Source: Candidatus Krumholzibacteriia bacterium (lineage in GTDB: Bacteria; Krumholzibacteriota; Krumholzibacteriia; Krumholzibacteriales; Krumholzibacteriaceae). From it: DNA of 47,241 nt. This document shows positions 9,142 through 20,305 of the stretch, piece after piece. Numbering within the stretch: the stretch's first letter is position 1; the number at the start of each line of letters is the position of its first letter. The DNA lies in contig JALOPX010000002.1 of NCBI GenBank assembly GCA_025453655.1, positions 1-47,241 of the forward strand. The letters are read 5' to 3'. A model generated the notes under the pieces. It was not told the DNA's origin. It did no database searches and saw nothing but the letters and a program-made list of their open reading frames with translations. The translations under genes and the position numbers were made by a program.

Positions 9142-11994
9142 TCAATCCGTCCGCAGTCCCCCGCGGCCGCGCCCGGCCCTTTTCGGGGGGAGGTATCTTC
9201 GCATCATCCTTCCCGTCCAGGACGCGCCGCAATCCACGATTCCCGAGGGCGCTCCGGCGTAAACCACCTCTCCGCCCTTCTCCCCTCCCTCGGGCCCGAG
9301 ATCTATGATGTGATCGGCGTGCCGGATGACGTCCGGGTTGTGCTCGATCACGATTACCGTGTTTCCCTTCGCGACGAGCCTTCCGAGAACGGTCATCAGC
9401 AGCTTGACGTCCTCGAAATGAAGACCGGTGCTGGGCTCGTCAAGGATATAGAGGGTCCCGCCCGTGCCGACCTTCGAAAGCTCGGCGGCAAGCTTGACTC
9501 TCTGCGCCTCGCCGCCCGAAAGTGTCGTCGCCGGCTGCCCGAGCCTGATGTACCCGAGGCCGACCTCCTGAAGGACCTTGAGCTTCCTTCTGATGGAAGG
9601 TATATTCTCAAAGAAAAGGAACGCTTCGTCAACGGTCATTTCGAGCACCTCGGAAATATTCCTGTTCTTGAAGGTTATCTCGAGCGTTTCCCTGTTGTAC
9701 CGTTTCCCCTTGCATTCCTGGCAGTGGACGTAGACGTCCGGGAGGAAATGCATCTCGACCTTGATCATCCCGTCCCCGAGGCACGATTCGCACCTTCCGC
9801 CCCTGACGTTGAAGCTGAAGCGCCCCGGCTTGTAACCCCTGACCTTCGCTTCCGGCAGCCTCGAGAAAAGATCCCTGACCGGGCCGAATATCCCCGTGTA
9901 TGTGGCCGGGTTCGAGCGGGGCGTCCTGCCGATCGGCGACTGGTCCATGTTTATGACCTTGTCGATGTTACCGAGCCCCTCGATCCCGTCGTGCGCCCCG
10001 GGAAGGGTCGTGCTCCTGTGGAAATGCCTGTGAAGAGCCCTGTAGAGGATGTCGTTGACGAGGGTGCTTTTCCCCGACCCGGAGACCCCGGTGACGCAGA
10101 TCATCATCCCGAGGGGGAAGGCGACGTCGATCCCCTTGAGATTGTTGGCCCGCGCCCCCTTCAGCACGAGCCGCTTCCCGTTTCCCGCCCCCGTCCCGTC
10201 CTTGTAGTCGAAGTACTGTTCCCGTCCGAGGTACCGCCCCGTAAGGCTCCCCGGCACCTTCACGATCTCGTCGGGCGTGCCGGAGGCGACCACGTACCCT
10301 CCGTGCTCGCCGGCTCCCGGGCCGAGATCGATGACATGGTCCGCCTCGAGGATCGTGTCCCTGTCGTGCTCGATCACGATGACGGTGTTCCCCGCGTCCC
10401 TCAGCTCCTTGAGCGTCGCGATCAGTTTGGCGTTGTCTCTCTGGTGAAGCCCGATCGACGGCTCGTCGAGGATGTACAGGACCCCGACGAGGCTCGATCC
10501 GATCTGCGTCGCGAGCCTTATCCTCTGCCCCTCGCCGCCCGCAAGGGTGCTCGATGACCTGTCGAGCCCGAGGTAATCGAGCCCCACGTTCCTGAGGAAC
10601 TCCAGCCTCGAGGCGATCTCCCTGATCAGCGGTTCCCCGATCAGCGCGTCGTTCCCCTTCAGGTCGAGCGAGGAGAAGAATTCCGCGGCCCTTCCGATCG
10701 TCATGGCCGAGACCTCGGCGATATTCCTTCCCTCGACGAGGACCGAGAGGCTCTCCGCCTTGAGCCTCGCGCCGCGGCAGGAGGCGCAGTCGTCGCTCGT
10801 CATGTACGCCTCTATCCATTTCCTGACCGCCTCCGACCTCGTCTGATGATACCTTCTCCGCAGGTTGGGAATTATCCCCTCCCACGTCGTCATGTATTCG
10901 CCGCTCCCCCTCTCGAATTCGTAGCGCACGACGATCTCGTCGCCCGACCCTTCGAGGATGATCTTCTGTATCTTCTTAGGCAGCTTTTCGAAGGGGCTGT
11001 CCAGCGAGAAGCCGTGGAGCGCGGCGAGCGCCTCCATCCTGCTCCTGAACCAGTTGTCCCTCAGCGGGCCGGCGGGCGCCATCGCGCCCTCCCTGAGGCT
11101 GAGCGATTCGTCGGGAACGACCAGCTCGCGGGCGAAATCTATCGTGGTGCCGAGGCCGTGGCAGGCCGGGCAGGCTCCGTAGGGGGAATTGAAGGAGAAG
11201 ATCCTCGGCGATATCTCCCCGAGGCTCCCGCCGCACCAGGGGCACGAATATTCGAGGCTGTAAAGCACCTCCTCGTCGTCCTGGGCCACCATTATCACGC
11301 CGCCCCCCGCCCCGGCCGCCGTCTCCGCCGAATCGGCGAGGCGCCGTTCTATCCCGGGCTTCACCTTGAGCCTGTCCACCACCACCTCGATGCTGTGGCT
11401 CTTTTTCTTGTCGAGCGAGATCTCCTCGTCGAGGGAACGCATCACGCCGTCTATGCGGACCCTCGTGAACCCGTCGCGCGCGAGCTTCTCGAGGAGCGCC
11501 CTGTGCTCCCCCTTCCTGCCCCGGACGACCGGCGCCATCATCACGAGTTTCACGCCCTCGCCGAGGGCCGCGAGCTTCTCCACGATCTGGGCTATCGACT
11601 GGCGCGATATCCTCCTTCCGCACCCGGGGCAGTGGGGCACGCCGACGCGGGCGAACAGAACCCTGAGGTAATCGTGAATCTCCGTGATGGTACCGACCGT
11701 CGATCTCGGGTTCCGCGACGTGGTCTTCTGGTCTATCGATATCGCGGGCGAGAGCCCTTCGATCGAATCGACCTCGGGTTTTTCCATCTGTTCCAGGAAT
11801 TGCCTCGCGTAGCTCGACAGCGATTCGACGTATCGCCTCTGCCCCTCGGCGTAGATCGTGTCGAAAGCGAGCGATGATTTGCCGGAGCCGCTCAGCCCGG
11901 TGATGACGACGAGCTTCCTCCGCGGTATCGATACCGTGATGTTCTTCAGGTTGTGTTCGCGCGCCCCCTTGACGACAAGGTATTCACGAGCCAT
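9142..11994 (-). CDS. uvrA: Excinuclease ABC subunit A
   Basis: 950 aa. Has two ABC modules ([14 protein letters not shown] and [14 protein letters not shown]), Cys4 zinc modules (CPWCGG..., CESCLGDG...CQECKGKRY) and LSGGEAQR signatures. Confidence 0.97.
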   Translation of the reverse strand: MAREYLVVKGAREHNLKNITVSIPRRKLVVITGLSGSGKSSLAFDTIYAEGQRRYVESLSSYARQFLEQMEKPEVDSIEGLSPAISIDQKTTSRNPRSTVGTITEIHDYLRVLFARVGVPHCPGCGRRISRQSIAQIVEKLAALGEGVKLVMMAPVVRGRKGEHRALLEKLARDGFTRVRIDGVMRSLDEEISLDKKKSHSIEVVVDRLKVKPGIERRLADSAETAAGAGGGVIMVAQDDEEVLYSLEYSCPWCGGSLGEISPRIFSFNSPYGACPACHGLGTTIDFARELVVPDESLSLREGAMAPAGPLRDNWFRSRMEALAALHGFSLDSPFEKLPKKIQKIILEGSGDEIVVRYEFERGSGEYMTTWEGIIPNLRRRYHQTRSEAVRKWIEAYMTSDDCASCRGARLKAESLSVLVEGRNIAEVSAMTIGRAAEFFSSLDLKGNDALIGEPLIREIASRLEFLRNVGLDYLGLDRSSSTLAGGEGQRIRLATQIGSSLVGVLYILDEPSIGLHQRDNAKLIATLKELRDAGNTVIVIEHDRDTILEADHVIDLGPGAGEHGGYVVASGTPDEIVKVPGSLTGRYLGREQYFDYKDGTGAGNGKRLVLKGARANNLKGIDVAFPLGMMICVTGVSGSGKSTLVNDILYRALHRHFHRSTTLPGAHDGIEGLGNIDKVINMDQSPIGRTPRSNPATYTGIFGPVRDLFSRLPEAKVRGYKPGRFSFNVRGGRCESCLGDGMIKVEMHFLPDVYVHCQECKGKRYNRETLEITFKNRNISEVLEMTVDEAFLFFENIPSIRRKLKVLQEVGLGYIRLGQPATTLSGGEAQRVKLAAELSKVGTGGTLYILDEPSTGLHFEDVKLLMTVLGRLVAKGNTVIVIEHNPDVIRHADHIIDLGPEGGEKGGEVVYAGAPSGIVDCGASWTGRMMRRYLPPKRAGRGRGGLRTD

Positions 11995-14900
11995 CTATTC
12001 TTCCCTGCCCGGGGAAGCGCCGGGATCGCCGGAGCCCCGCCTCCCGGATTCGTCGTCCCCCGCCGCCGGCGCGTTCATCCGCTCCAGCGCCTTTTTGGCC
12101 AGCGAGCCCCAGTCGGATCCCTCTCCGTGGGTCTCGAGAATCCTCCGGTATATGTCCTCCGCCTGCTGCCTCTGTCCCATCTTCTCGTAGCAGTCCGCGG
12201 CCTCGAGCTTCGAGGTCACCCCCCACATCCCCCCCGTCTTCAGGTAGGGGACGCGCAGAAATTCCCTGACCGCCTCGTCGTAGCGTCCCATGCTTTTCAG
12301 GCTGACCCCGGCCCAGTAATGGGCCCTCCCCTGCTGTTCCTCGTCGCGGGCCACGCCCGGTATCCTGAGGTAGACCTCCTTCGCCATCTCGTACTTCCCG
12401 GCCTGCCCGTAGCAGAACCCGAGATTGAAGAAGAGCTCCACGATGTCGTCGCGCCCCGGATATCTCTCACATATCGCGTACCAGCCCTCCGAGGCCTTGT
12501 CCCATTCTTCGAGCTCCTGGTAGATCATCGCCCTGTTCTTCATGGCGAGGAAGATCAGCCCGTCGTCGCGCGACGCTTCCGCCGCGAGGCCGTAATCGAC
12601 CGCGGCGAGCCCCGGATTCTTCGAAGCGTAGCGGGCCGAGGCGAGCTTGAAATAGACCTGGTCGAGGATCGGCGTGCGCGGCATCTCCCTGAGGAAGGCG
12701 TTGAGCCTGTCTATCGCCTCGGCGTACCCTCCGCGTTTGATGTCGCAGACTGCCATGTGGTAAAGGGCCGTCGCCGCCTCATCCGTCCCGGGGAATCTCT
12801 CCCTCAGGCCTGTCAGGGTCGCGACGGCGTCGGCGCATCTTTCGTCCCCCGCCTCCGCCATTCCCATTTCCAGCAGCACCGCCGCCATCCTCCCGCATCC
12901 CGGATTCGACGCGATGAGCTTCCCCAGATCCTCCCGGGCCTTCCCGGCCTCCCCCAGCCGCACCCTCGCCATCGCCCGGCCGGCGACGATCCTGCATGAG
13001 TCGGCGCCTTCGTGCCGCAGGGCCTCGGAGAATATCTTCTCGGACTGCCTGAAATCGCCCGTTTCGAAAAGAGCCTCGCCCCAGGCGGAAAGGTTCTCGT
13101 GCCCGCGGTCGAGCGAAACGAGCTCTTCGAGAAGGGGCAGGGACTCGGCCGCGCGGCCTTTCGCGCGAAGCCTCTGCGAGAGCCTCGAGAGCATCCTCGC
13201 CCTGAGGCCCGGGGCCACATCCCTCTTCTTTTCGAGATGGACGAGTATGGAGTCCGATGAGTCGAACCTGCCCAGCCTCTCGAGCGCCAGCGACTGCCGG
13301 TAGGCTGCCTCGTCGATCAGCCCGCTCTCCGGATATGAAAGCGCGAATCCGCCGAATGTGGCGGCCGCGGAGGCGAAATCATGCGTGTAATACCGACAAT
13401 CCCCCATTCGCAGGGCGCACTTCGCCGCGAGGGAGCGCGGCGGGTTTTTCCCCGTGCACGACGTCCAGGCTTCGAGGGCGCCCCCGTAGTCCTTCATTGC
13501 GAAGAGGGTCTCCCCGAGGTCGAAAAGAACGGAGGCAACTCGGCCGTCGCCGCCGTAACGCCCCGCGAACGCCCTGAAATCACCCACGCTCCCGGCCATG
13601 TCCCCGGACAACTTTCTGAGGTAGCCGGAGCGCAGCAGGGCATCTTTCCTGATCTCTTCCGGGGCATCCCCCGCCTCTATCGCCTCGCAGATGGAGAGCG
13701 CGCTCCCGGCCGCCCCTTCCCCGCCGGCCGAGGCCGCATCGAAGAGGAGCTCCGACTTTAGCGCCAGGGCCCTCCACTTTTCGGGCATCTTCCCGTAGTA
13801 CTGGAGGAATTCATCGATTTTTTGAAGTTTGTCGGCGTCGTTCCATTCCGACATCCTGCCCTCTATGTAATTGATGTGCGCCTTCGAGCCCCATTCGGTC
13901 CCCACCGATTCCCTCGCCACCTTGAGCCACTGCGAAAGGGCCCTGGAAAGAAGGTCCCTGTCCGGCTTGCCGGACGCGACGGACAGCTCGTACTGCCTGT
14001 GCCTCGCGTTGCCGAGGTAGTACGCCGCCTTCGCCGCGAGCGCTTCGGGCAACTGCCCCTTCAGGCTCCTTTCGAAGTAGGAGGCCGCTTCCTCCGGCCT
14101 GTCGGCCGACTCGAGAAGTATTACGCCTGCCTCTATGCCCCTCTCCTGCGGAGGGGAATCGGCGGTAAGGACCCGCGCCAGCTCGGCGACGGCGTCCCCC
14201 CTTTCGGCTCCGCGGAGGGCGATCCTTTCGAGCCTCCCCGAAGCCTCCTCCGCCCTGGGGTTTTCAGGAAATCTCGCCAGCAATTCGCCGTAATTCGCCG
14301 AAGCCCCGCGGATATCCCCTGACATCTCCCTCGCGAGCCCCGCCTTCCAGAGCGCTTCGGCCGACTCGAGCCCCGTAAGGTCGATCGACGCGACCGTCTC
14401 CCAATACATTATCGCCGAGAGGGTGTCGGCCAGGTCTTCGGCGCAAATCGAAGCGAGGGACGAAAGGATCGCGGCGCGTTTCCCCTCGTCCTTCTCCTCG
14501 AGGAGGGCGAGATGCAGGCGGCCGGCCGCCTCCCGTCCCTCGCCTGAGCGCCGAAGCAGCCCCGCCTCGAGAAGAAGCGCCTCGGGCAGAAGGGGCGAAG
14601 AGGGCCACGCGTGCCTGAACGGGGCGAGCTCGGAGCGCGCCTCGACGTCCCTGCCCTTTTCAGCGAGGATCCTCGCCTTGAGAAGGCTTATCTCGCCGAT
14701 GCTGTCCGGAACGGCCCCCTCGGCTCTCCAGCTTTCGATCAGCTCGAGCGCGCGGTCGTGCCGCCCGAGATGCCGGGCCGAGCCGATCGCCCCGCGATAT
14801 ACGGCCGGCCGCCCGGCGGATTCGGGGAACTCCCCGAGAAACGCGGTGGATTCCTTCAGCGCCTCATCCATGGCGCCGGCCCTCTCGAGCGTCTCGATGA

Positions 14901-15678
14901 GCTTGAGAATCGACCGTTCCCTCAGCGATTTTTCCTTGTGCCTGTCGGCGGCTTTCCTGAAATACTCCACGCCTTTCCCCAGGTCGCCGGCCGCCACCGC
15001 GCCGTCGCCGAGCCTGAGGAGGGCGAGCGCGGAGACCGGGGACTCGGGATGCTTCGACACGAGGGTCTCGAGGACGCCGACGGCTTCGAGATCCCTGCCG
15101 ATGTTATCGAGCGCCACGGCGAGGCTGAACATCGCCCTCGGCCGGACCTCGTCATCCTTCTCCGTGTCGGAAAGACGCCTCAGCACCGAGGCTGCGGCGG
15201 GGGAATCGCCCGCCGCGATGAGGGATTCGCCGGCTCCGAGCAGCGCCCTTCCCTTCAGGGGGCAGCCGGGAAAGTCCTCCTCGATCATCATGAATTCGTC
15301 GGCGGCCTCCCTGTACTTTTTCATCGCCCTGAGGATATCCCCCCTGTAATACCTCGCCTTGCAGGCATTCTCGTCGGACGGATACGCCGTCAGAAGGGAT
15401 TCGAAGACGGCGAGGGCCTCCCCGGCCCTCGCGGCCCTCATCCAAGATTCCCCGGCGTTGAAAAGGGAGAGCGGGCGAAGGGGGCTTTCCGGGTATTTTT
15501 CGGAAAAACGCTGATACTCCTCGGCTGCCGCGATGAACATCCCGTCGCGCTGAAGCCTCTGCGCGAACCTGAAATCGTCGTTCTCCGCAGCGGCTGCCGC
15601 TCCCGAACGGGCCAGGACGGCCGTGACGAGCACCGCCGAGGAAAGATTCGCCAGCCTTCTTATTATGCTTCTATTCAA
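11995..15678 (-). CDS. Large secreted tetratricopeptide-repeat (TPR) protein, function unknown
   Basis: 1227 aa. TTG start preceded by GGGAGGAAA. N-terminal signal-like segment is [26 protein letters not shown]. The body is a continuous run of A/L/Y/G-patterned TPR-like helices (e.g. [47 protein letters not shown]). Its TAG stop (11995-11997) directly abuts the uvrA ATG. Confidence 0.75.
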   Translation of the reverse strand: MNRSIIRRLANLSSAVLVTAVLARSGAAAAAENDDFRFAQRLQRDGMFIAAAEEYQRFSEKYPESPLRPLSLFNAGESWMRAARAGEALAVFESLLTAYPSDENACKARYYRGDILRAMKKYREAADEFMMIEEDFPGCPLKGRALLGAGESLIAAGDSPAAASVLRRLSDTEKDDEVRPRAMFSLAVALDNIGRDLEAVGVLETLVSKHPESPVSALALLRLGDGAVAAGDLGKGVEYFRKAADRHKEKSLRERSILKLIETLERAGAMDEALKESTAFLGEFPESAGRPAVYRGAIGSARHLGRHDRALELIESWRAEGAVPDSIGEISLLKARILAEKGRDVEARSELAPFRHAWPSSPLLPEALLLEAGLLRRSGEGREAAGRLHLALLEEKDEGKRAAILSSLASICAEDLADTLSAIMYWETVASIDLTGLESAEALWKAGLAREMSGDIRGASANYGELLARFPENPRAEEASGRLERIALRGAERGDAVAELARVLTADSPPQERGIEAGVILLESADRPEEAASYFERSLKGQLPEALAAKAAYYLGNARHRQYELSVASGKPDRDLLSRALSQWLKVARESVGTEWGSKAHINYIEGRMSEWNDADKLQKIDEFLQYYGKMPEKWRALALKSELLFDAASAGGEGAAGSALSICEAIEAGDAPEEIRKDALLRSGYLRKLSGDMAGSVGDFRAFAGRYGGDGRVASVLFDLGETLFAMKDYGGALEAWTSCTGKNPPRSLAAKCALRMGDCRYYTHDFASAAATFGGFALSYPESGLIDEAAYRQSLALERLGRFDSSDSILVHLEKKRDVAPGLRARMLSRLSQRLRAKGRAAESLPLLEELVSLDRGHENLSAWGEALFETGDFRQSEKIFSEALRHEGADSCRIVAGRAMARVRLGEAGKAREDLGKLIASNPGCGRMAAVLLEMGMAEAGDERCADAVATLTGLRERFPGTDEAATALYHMAVCDIKRGGYAEAIDRLNAFLREMPRTPILDQVYFKLASARYASKNPGLAAVDYGLAAEASRDDGLIFLAMKNRAMIYQELEEWDKASEGWYAICERYPGRDDIVELFFNLGFCYGQAGKYEMAKEVYLRIPGVARDEEQQGRAHYWAGVSLKSMGRYDEAVREFLRVPYLKTGGMWGVTSKLEAADCYEKMGQRQQAEDIYRRILETHGEGSDWGSLAKKALERMNAPAAGDDESGRRGSGDPGASPGREE

Positions 15679-15799
15679 AAAATTTCCTCCCTGGGAAGAG
15701 GAGGTGAATACTATTGAAAAACAGGAGTAAGTTAGCAGATGAGAGACGCAAAATCAACCGGTAACCGGGCCGCGGGGCGGGGCGGCATGCCGCGGAGGG

Positions 15800-15836
15800 A
15801 ATAAAAACGGGGAGAGGTTCAAGCGTCCCTCTCCCC
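15800..15836 (-). terminator. Rho-independent terminator downstream of the 236-aa secreted-protein gene
   Basis: On the minus strand, GGGGAGAGGG-ACGCTTGAA-CCTCTCCCC (9-10 bp GC-rich stem) is followed immediately by GTTTTTATT, about 28 nt after the stop codon. Confidence 0.8.
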
Positions 15837-15863
15837 GATATTACAGGCAACAGCAGGAGTGCG

Positions 15864-16574
15864 TTACCTGTACATGGCCTTTATGCCTCCCCAGGTCGAT
15901 TCGTCCGCGCCGATCTCGTCGCACCAGATGTCGGTGAGGATGCAGCAGAGATCGAAGATCTCGCCCGAGGTCGCGCCGCATTCGAACGCGGGGAATCCGG
16001 CCGGCGGAGCGCCGTTCGTGATCACGCCGACGCGCATCGCGTTGGTGATCGCGTACCTGATGAAACAGACCGAGCACTGGTCGAATGTGCCCCTGAAGGT
16101 GACGTTCGAGGTCAGCCCGACGACCTGGCCGCCGATGACCGTCAGCCTCGTGCCGACGTTGAAGTAGGTCAGGTAGCCGGTCATGTCGTTGACGCCGTCT
16201 CCCCAGACATGGGCCCCGGTGAGCCAGAACCAGCCGCCCAGGTAATTCGTAGCATAATCGATGTACCCGTTGCCGTAGGCGTCGATCGAGCGGGCCGTTT
16301 CCACGGCTCCGTTGTCGTCTATGTACATGCCCCATGCCTTCCACTGGCCTCCGAGGACGGAGCCGTTCCACGATTCGGCTCTCTCGGTGTTCCCCGGCAC
16401 GCCGCCGTTGAACGGATAGAGGCAGAACGCTTCGGAAGCCCTCCCGGGCAGCTGCGTCCCGGTGTATGTGCTGTAAGTCCCCGCGACGGGCATTATGTCG
16501 CAATCGCCGGCGGCGATCGGAACCGAAACCGTAATGAGCACGAGCAGCAGAGCGAATACTTTTACAGATCTCAC
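15864..16574 (-). CDS. Secreted Cys-rich hypothetical protein (no family recognised)
   Basis: 236 aa. GTG start with strong SD (AGGAGGGGAG). Signal peptide is MRSVKVFALLLVLITVSVPIAAG. The mature part is Gly/Thr/Tyr/Trp-rich (beta-type composition) with 8 Cys. It has its own terminator and long flanking spacers. Confidence 0.7.
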   Translation of the reverse strand: MRSVKVFALLLVLITVSVPIAAGDCDIMPVAGTYSTYTGTQLPGRASEAFCLYPFNGGVPGNTERAESWNGSVLGGQWKAWGMYIDDNGAVETARSIDAYGNGYIDYATNYLGGWFWLTGAHVWGDGVNDMTGYLTYFNVGTRLTVIGGQVVGLTSNVTFRGTFDQCSVCFIRYAITNAMRVGVITNGAPPAGFPAFECGATSGEIFDLCCILTDIWCDEIGADESTWGGIKAMYR

Positions 16575-16893
16575 GATCTCCCCTCCTGTAAGTTGGATGA
16601 CCTTTTTAATACATGCCCGCAGGATGTGCAGATCACCTCCCCTGATTCCTCATCCTGCCCCGCTTGAACGGTAGAATTCCATCAGAGCGATCCCCGGCAA
16701 GCCCGGATAATGCGAGATGCCGAGCACAATGGCGCCGGAAAGGCCGGAGACGGCTCCTTCACGTTTTAATATACTTTTCCCTTAACCTGGCCCCGTTTTA
16801 TGAGTATTACTCCCTATGACTTGATATTCTAACTGCTGGCGTGAAATTTGTCAAGATTTATTGACATCGCAGGGGATGGCCTGGCCCCGGCCG

Positions 16894-18123
16894 TCACGGC
16901 GTGAGCTTCGAGGCCGTCCTCGGGAAGGGGATCGTCTCCCCGGGGTCCCCCGCGCCGCAGATCCAGGCGAGCAGGCGCTCGAGGCAAAGCGAGAATCCCG
17001 AGTGGGGGAATCCCCCGCAGCGGGAGAGGTCGAGGGACAAACCGAATCCTTTTTCCGGCAGGCCGCGCTCCCCAATCCGCCTCTTGAGGAAATCCGTGTC
17101 GTAGGCCCTCTGCGCCCCTTCGATCATCGCGACCCTCGAGCCGGGGGCGAACAGCTCGAAAGAAAGGCTCAGCAAGGGATTACGGGGATCCTCCTCCACG
17201 GAAAACGCCTTCGAGGCGGCCGGGAGCCTGTGGACGAAAAGGGGCCTGTCGAAATTCGACAGGATCGCGGCGGCCTCGCGGAACTCGATCCTCGGGAAGG
17301 GGCGCTGCGCGAGCGCCAGAGCCCCGACCTTCCTTTCCATAACGCCTTCGAGGAGGCCGCGCTGCTCCACGAGGCACCTCCGCGCCACCTCGGAGACGAG
17401 ATCCTCGGCGAGCGCCATGATCTCCCCGAGGGAGGCGAAGGCCCATTCAGGCTCCACCATCCAGGATTCGGTCAGCTCCCCGGAGGCCCCGGCCCCCCGC
17501 GCCGTGAAGACGGGCCCGAAGGAATAGACCTTCCTCAGCACCGCGGCCGCGGCCTCGTTGTACGGCCCGGCCCCGCCGGAGAGAAAGGCCCTGTCTCCGA
17601 AATAGGGAATCTCGAAAATCCCCGCTCCACGCTCGCCGGCCCCCGGCCTCAGAACAGGGGCGTCGCACTGAACGAATCCCCCTGCGTCGAGGAAGTCCCG
17701 GATATATCGCGAAACGCCCGCCCTTATTCGCAGTATCGCGGCCTGCCTCGATTCCCGCAGCTCCAGATGCCGGCGGTCGCCGGGGACGCCCGCGCCGGGG
17801 GAGCCCCGGCGGGCGCAGCGGGCCCCGGCCGCCCGAACGATCCTCAGGGCCGTAACGGAAACCTCCAGCCCTCCCGGCGCGCGGGGATCCTCGATGGCGG
17901 TTCCTTCGATCTCGATGCATGATTCGCACGGGAGCTTCCCCGCGCGCTCGAAGGCCTCCGCTCCCAGAACCGATTTCGAGGCCACGCACTGGACCGTCCC
18001 CGTGCCGTCGCGAAGCTCCAGGAAGAGGATGCCTCCGCTCGAACGCCTGTTGCGGAGCCAGCCCCTGAGAAGAACCTGACGCCCCGCCGACCCGGCGATT
18101 TCGGAAATCTCCACAGGCTGCAT
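16894..18123 (-). CDS. Asparaginyl-tRNA synthetase-like protein with degenerate class-II catalytic motifs (possible decayed paralogue or pseudo-enzyme)
   Basis: Track ORF 16894..18363 is trimmed to ATG 18121-18123, which is preceded by AAGGAGG. The OB-fold anticodon-binding N-terminus is intact (VLLRGWLRNRRSSGGILFLELRDGTGTVQCV; EDPRAPGGLEVSV). The core is recognisably AsnRS-like (WMVEPEWAF; PHSGFSLCLERLLAWICG...IPFPR). However, motif 2 reads FTARGAGASGELTES where AsnRS has FRAE..T.RHL.EF, and QSGQLY is GGAGPY. Confidence 0.6.
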   Translation of the reverse strand: MQPVEISEIAGSAGRQVLLRGWLRNRRSSGGILFLELRDGTGTVQCVASKSVLGAEAFERAGKLPCESCIEIEGTAIEDPRAPGGLEVSVTALRIVRAAGARCARRGSPGAGVPGDRRHLELRESRQAAILRIRAGVSRYIRDFLDAGGFVQCDAPVLRPGAGERGAGIFEIPYFGDRAFLSGGAGPYNEAAAAVLRKVYSFGPVFTARGAGASGELTESWMVEPEWAFASLGEIMALAEDLVSEVARRCLVEQRGLLEGVMERKVGALALAQRPFPRIEFREAAAILSNFDRPLFVHRLPAASKAFSVEEDPRNPLLSLSFELFAPGSRVAMIEGAQRAYDTDFLKRRIGERGLPEKGFGLSLDLSRCGGFPHSGFSLCLERLLAWICGAGDPGETIPFPRTASKLTP

Positions 18124-18257
18124 AAGCGCGACCTCCTTTCGACCCGCGCAAAGATCCGGAGTTCCCGGACGAACCGCTGCAAACACATGAAAGCACCGGC
18201 GGGGCCGGATGTAAACAGCGAACCCCCGTTTTCGGGGCCGGGAAGAAGGGCGGATCG

Positions 18258-20285
18258 ATGCGGCATGATTATTGCCGATGCGGTATCTGGAGTTACAACC
18301 GGGCCTCGGGAAAAACAGGACACAGGTTGGTTGAAGCGGTGAAAGACAAGAAGATACAAGCAATTATACCGGTACGGATTATCGCGCACATTTTATGCCT
18401 GTCCGCAGCCGTTGCAATCTGCACATCGGCGCGTGCCAACTCGTTGGATAATATACCAAATGACGGGTTGAAGAATTATTCGCTTGCCGAGATCGAGCGC
18501 GGCTCCCCCTCGCTCCATATCACCTCGCGCGTGCTCTACAGGGAGGCCCTCGACATCCTCGGCTCGGGCGACTGGGAGGAGGCCCGCAGAAGGCTCATCC
18601 TCAGCGCCGCCCTGTCAGGCCACTACGCCGAGCCGATGTTCACGCTCGCCCGCGTCGAGCTGATGCACGCGCACCCCGATTTCGCCTTCCACCTCGTCGA
18701 GGGATTCAAACGGCTCCTGATCGGATACCGCAACCAGGCCTTTCTCGCCGCCAACCTCGGGCTTATGGCGGTATTCACCCTGGTTCTGTCCCTCTTCGTG
18801 ATCCTCGGGGCGCTCGCGATGAAATACTGGCCTTTCTTCGATCACCGGCTGCGGGAATCCTGGTCGAAACGATTCGCATTCCCTCCGGCCCGCCTGGCCG
18901 GCCCGCTGATCGTGGCCGCGCTTCTGATCGCCCGCGCGGGCATCGCCGCATACACGGCCATATTGATCGTCTTCATCTGGTCCTATATCAGCAAAAGGGA
19001 AAAGGCCGTCGTCACATGCCTTGTCGCGCTGACTGCCGCCGCCTCATTCGCCTCCGGATATTCGAACATCGTCGTCCCCGCGCTCGACGGGGGGAGCGTC
19101 GCGCGAAGGCTGTCCATGATCAACATGTCGGGCGCCGACAGGGAACTTCTCGATTCCATCGAGTCGATAGATGACCCCTCCTTCGAAGCGGAAAAGGAAT
19201 TCGCCCTGGGAACGCTGAAATACAGGATGGGCGATTACGAGGGCGCCAGGAACCATCTTCTCTCCTCCGTCGCCCTCAGAAGCGATTTCGCCCCGGCCTA
19301 CCTGAACCTGGGAAACGTCTATTTCATGCTGTCCGACTACAACAGGGCCCTGGCCGGATATCAGAACGTCGTCGCGATCGATTCGACGGCCGCCACGGCC
19401 TGGTTCAACATCGGGCAGGCATACATAAACAAGATGCTCTTCGCCCAGTCGAGTTCGGCGCTGAAGAAATCGGGCGAGAACGGGCTGGAGAGATACAGGA
19501 AAAACCACCCCGTCGTGACTCTCAGGGACCATCCCGTCTACGACGAGGGATTCTCGAGCGCGGAGCTCTGGTCGATAGCCCGCAGGGAGAGCGGGAAGGG
19601 CGGGGATCTTCTGGTAAACCGCGCCCTCGCGCCGTGGCTCCTCTTCCCGTTCGACCGCTACGCGTGGCTGCTCGTCCTCTCTCTGGCGGCCGCCATCGCG
19701 ATCGGAAGGATCTTCCCTCCTGCGTTCAACGTTTCCAAATGCGGCAACTGCGGCAGGGCGGCGTGCCCCGATTGCGCGGACACCCGCACGGGAATCATAC
19801 TCTGCCCCGACTGCGCGAAGGTGATAACCGGCCTTTCGAGCGTCAAGGTGATGGAGGCCCTCCTGCGGCACAGGCGCCAGAAGGCGTCGGGCAGGAACGG
19901 GGCGGGCAGCAGGCTCAGGATGCTCCTTTACCCCGGGGCCGCGTGGATCATGGCGGGAAGGACGGTCCGGGGGCTTTTCGCGATCGGGGCGGGCGTCTCG
20001 GCGGCGCTTTGCCTCGCATGGTCCGGCTTCTATTTCGACGATTCGTTCGGGGCGCCGGGCCCGGGCTCCGTCTGGAAGATCGCCGTCCCGTGCGCCGTTC
20101 TCGCGTGGCTCATTCTGTTGTCGCTTCGCATAAAGCAGGCGCAGGAGCAGAAAAATTTCCGGGTGCTGCCGGCCGACTACGTCCCCGAACAGCCGGAGGA
20201 CGCCGGCAGGGCGGACAAGCCGACGGCCGTCCCGGAACCGAAGACCAACGAGGAACGTTTCGAGACTTTCCTGGATTCGCTGTAG
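18258..20285 (+). CDS. Polytopic membrane protein with TPR repeats and a Cys-rich zinc-ribbon-like segment, function unknown
   Basis: 675 aa; start uncertain (ATG 18258, or a GTG near 18338). Has N-terminal hydrophobic helix IIAHILCLSAAVAICTSARA and at least 6 further hydrophobic helices. A TPR block reads YRMGDYEGARNHLLSSVALRSDFAPAYLNLGNVYFMLSDYNRALAGYQNVVAIDSTAATAWFNIGQAY. Also has CGNCGRAACPDCADTRTGIILCPDCAKV (three CxxC pairs). Confidence 0.7.
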   Translation: MRHDYCRCGIWSYNRASGKTGHRLVEAVKDKKIQAIIPVRIIAHILCLSAAVAICTSARANSLDNIPNDGLKNYSLAEIERGSPSLHITSRVLYREALDILGSGDWEEARRRLILSAALSGHYAEPMFTLARVELMHAHPDFAFHLVEGFKRLLIGYRNQAFLAANLGLMAVFTLVLSLFVILGALAMKYWPFFDHRLRESWSKRFAFPPARLAGPLIVAALLIARAGIAAYTAILIVFIWSYISKREKAVVTCLVALTAAASFASGYSNIVVPALDGGSVARRLSMINMSGADRELLDSIESIDDPSFEAEKEFALGTLKYRMGDYEGARNHLLSSVALRSDFAPAYLNLGNVYFMLSDYNRALAGYQNVVAIDSTAATAWFNIGQAYINKMLFAQSSSALKKSGENGLERYRKNHPVVTLRDHPVYDEGFSSAELWSIARRESGKGGDLLVNRALAPWLLFPFDRYAWLLVLSLAAAIAIGRIFPPAFNVSKCGNCGRAACPDCADTRTGIILCPDCAKVITGLSSVKVMEALLRHRRQKASGRNGAGSRLRMLLYPGAAWIMAGRTVRGLFAIGAGVSAALCLAWSGFYFDDSFGAPGPGSVWKIAVPCAVLAWLILLSLRIKQAQEQKNFRVLPADYVPEQPEDAGRADKPTAVPEPKTNEERFETFLDSL

Positions 20286-20305
20286 GATCATAGAAAGGAC
20301 CGCAG

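Noticed and set aside
15864-16574. T9SS C-terminal sorting domain on the secreted proteins in this window (also checked in 11995-15678 and 45272-46936)
   Set aside because: None of the C-termini resembles the roughly 80-aa beta-sandwich CTD patterns I know. This cannot be excluded without HMMs, so no cargo assignment is made.
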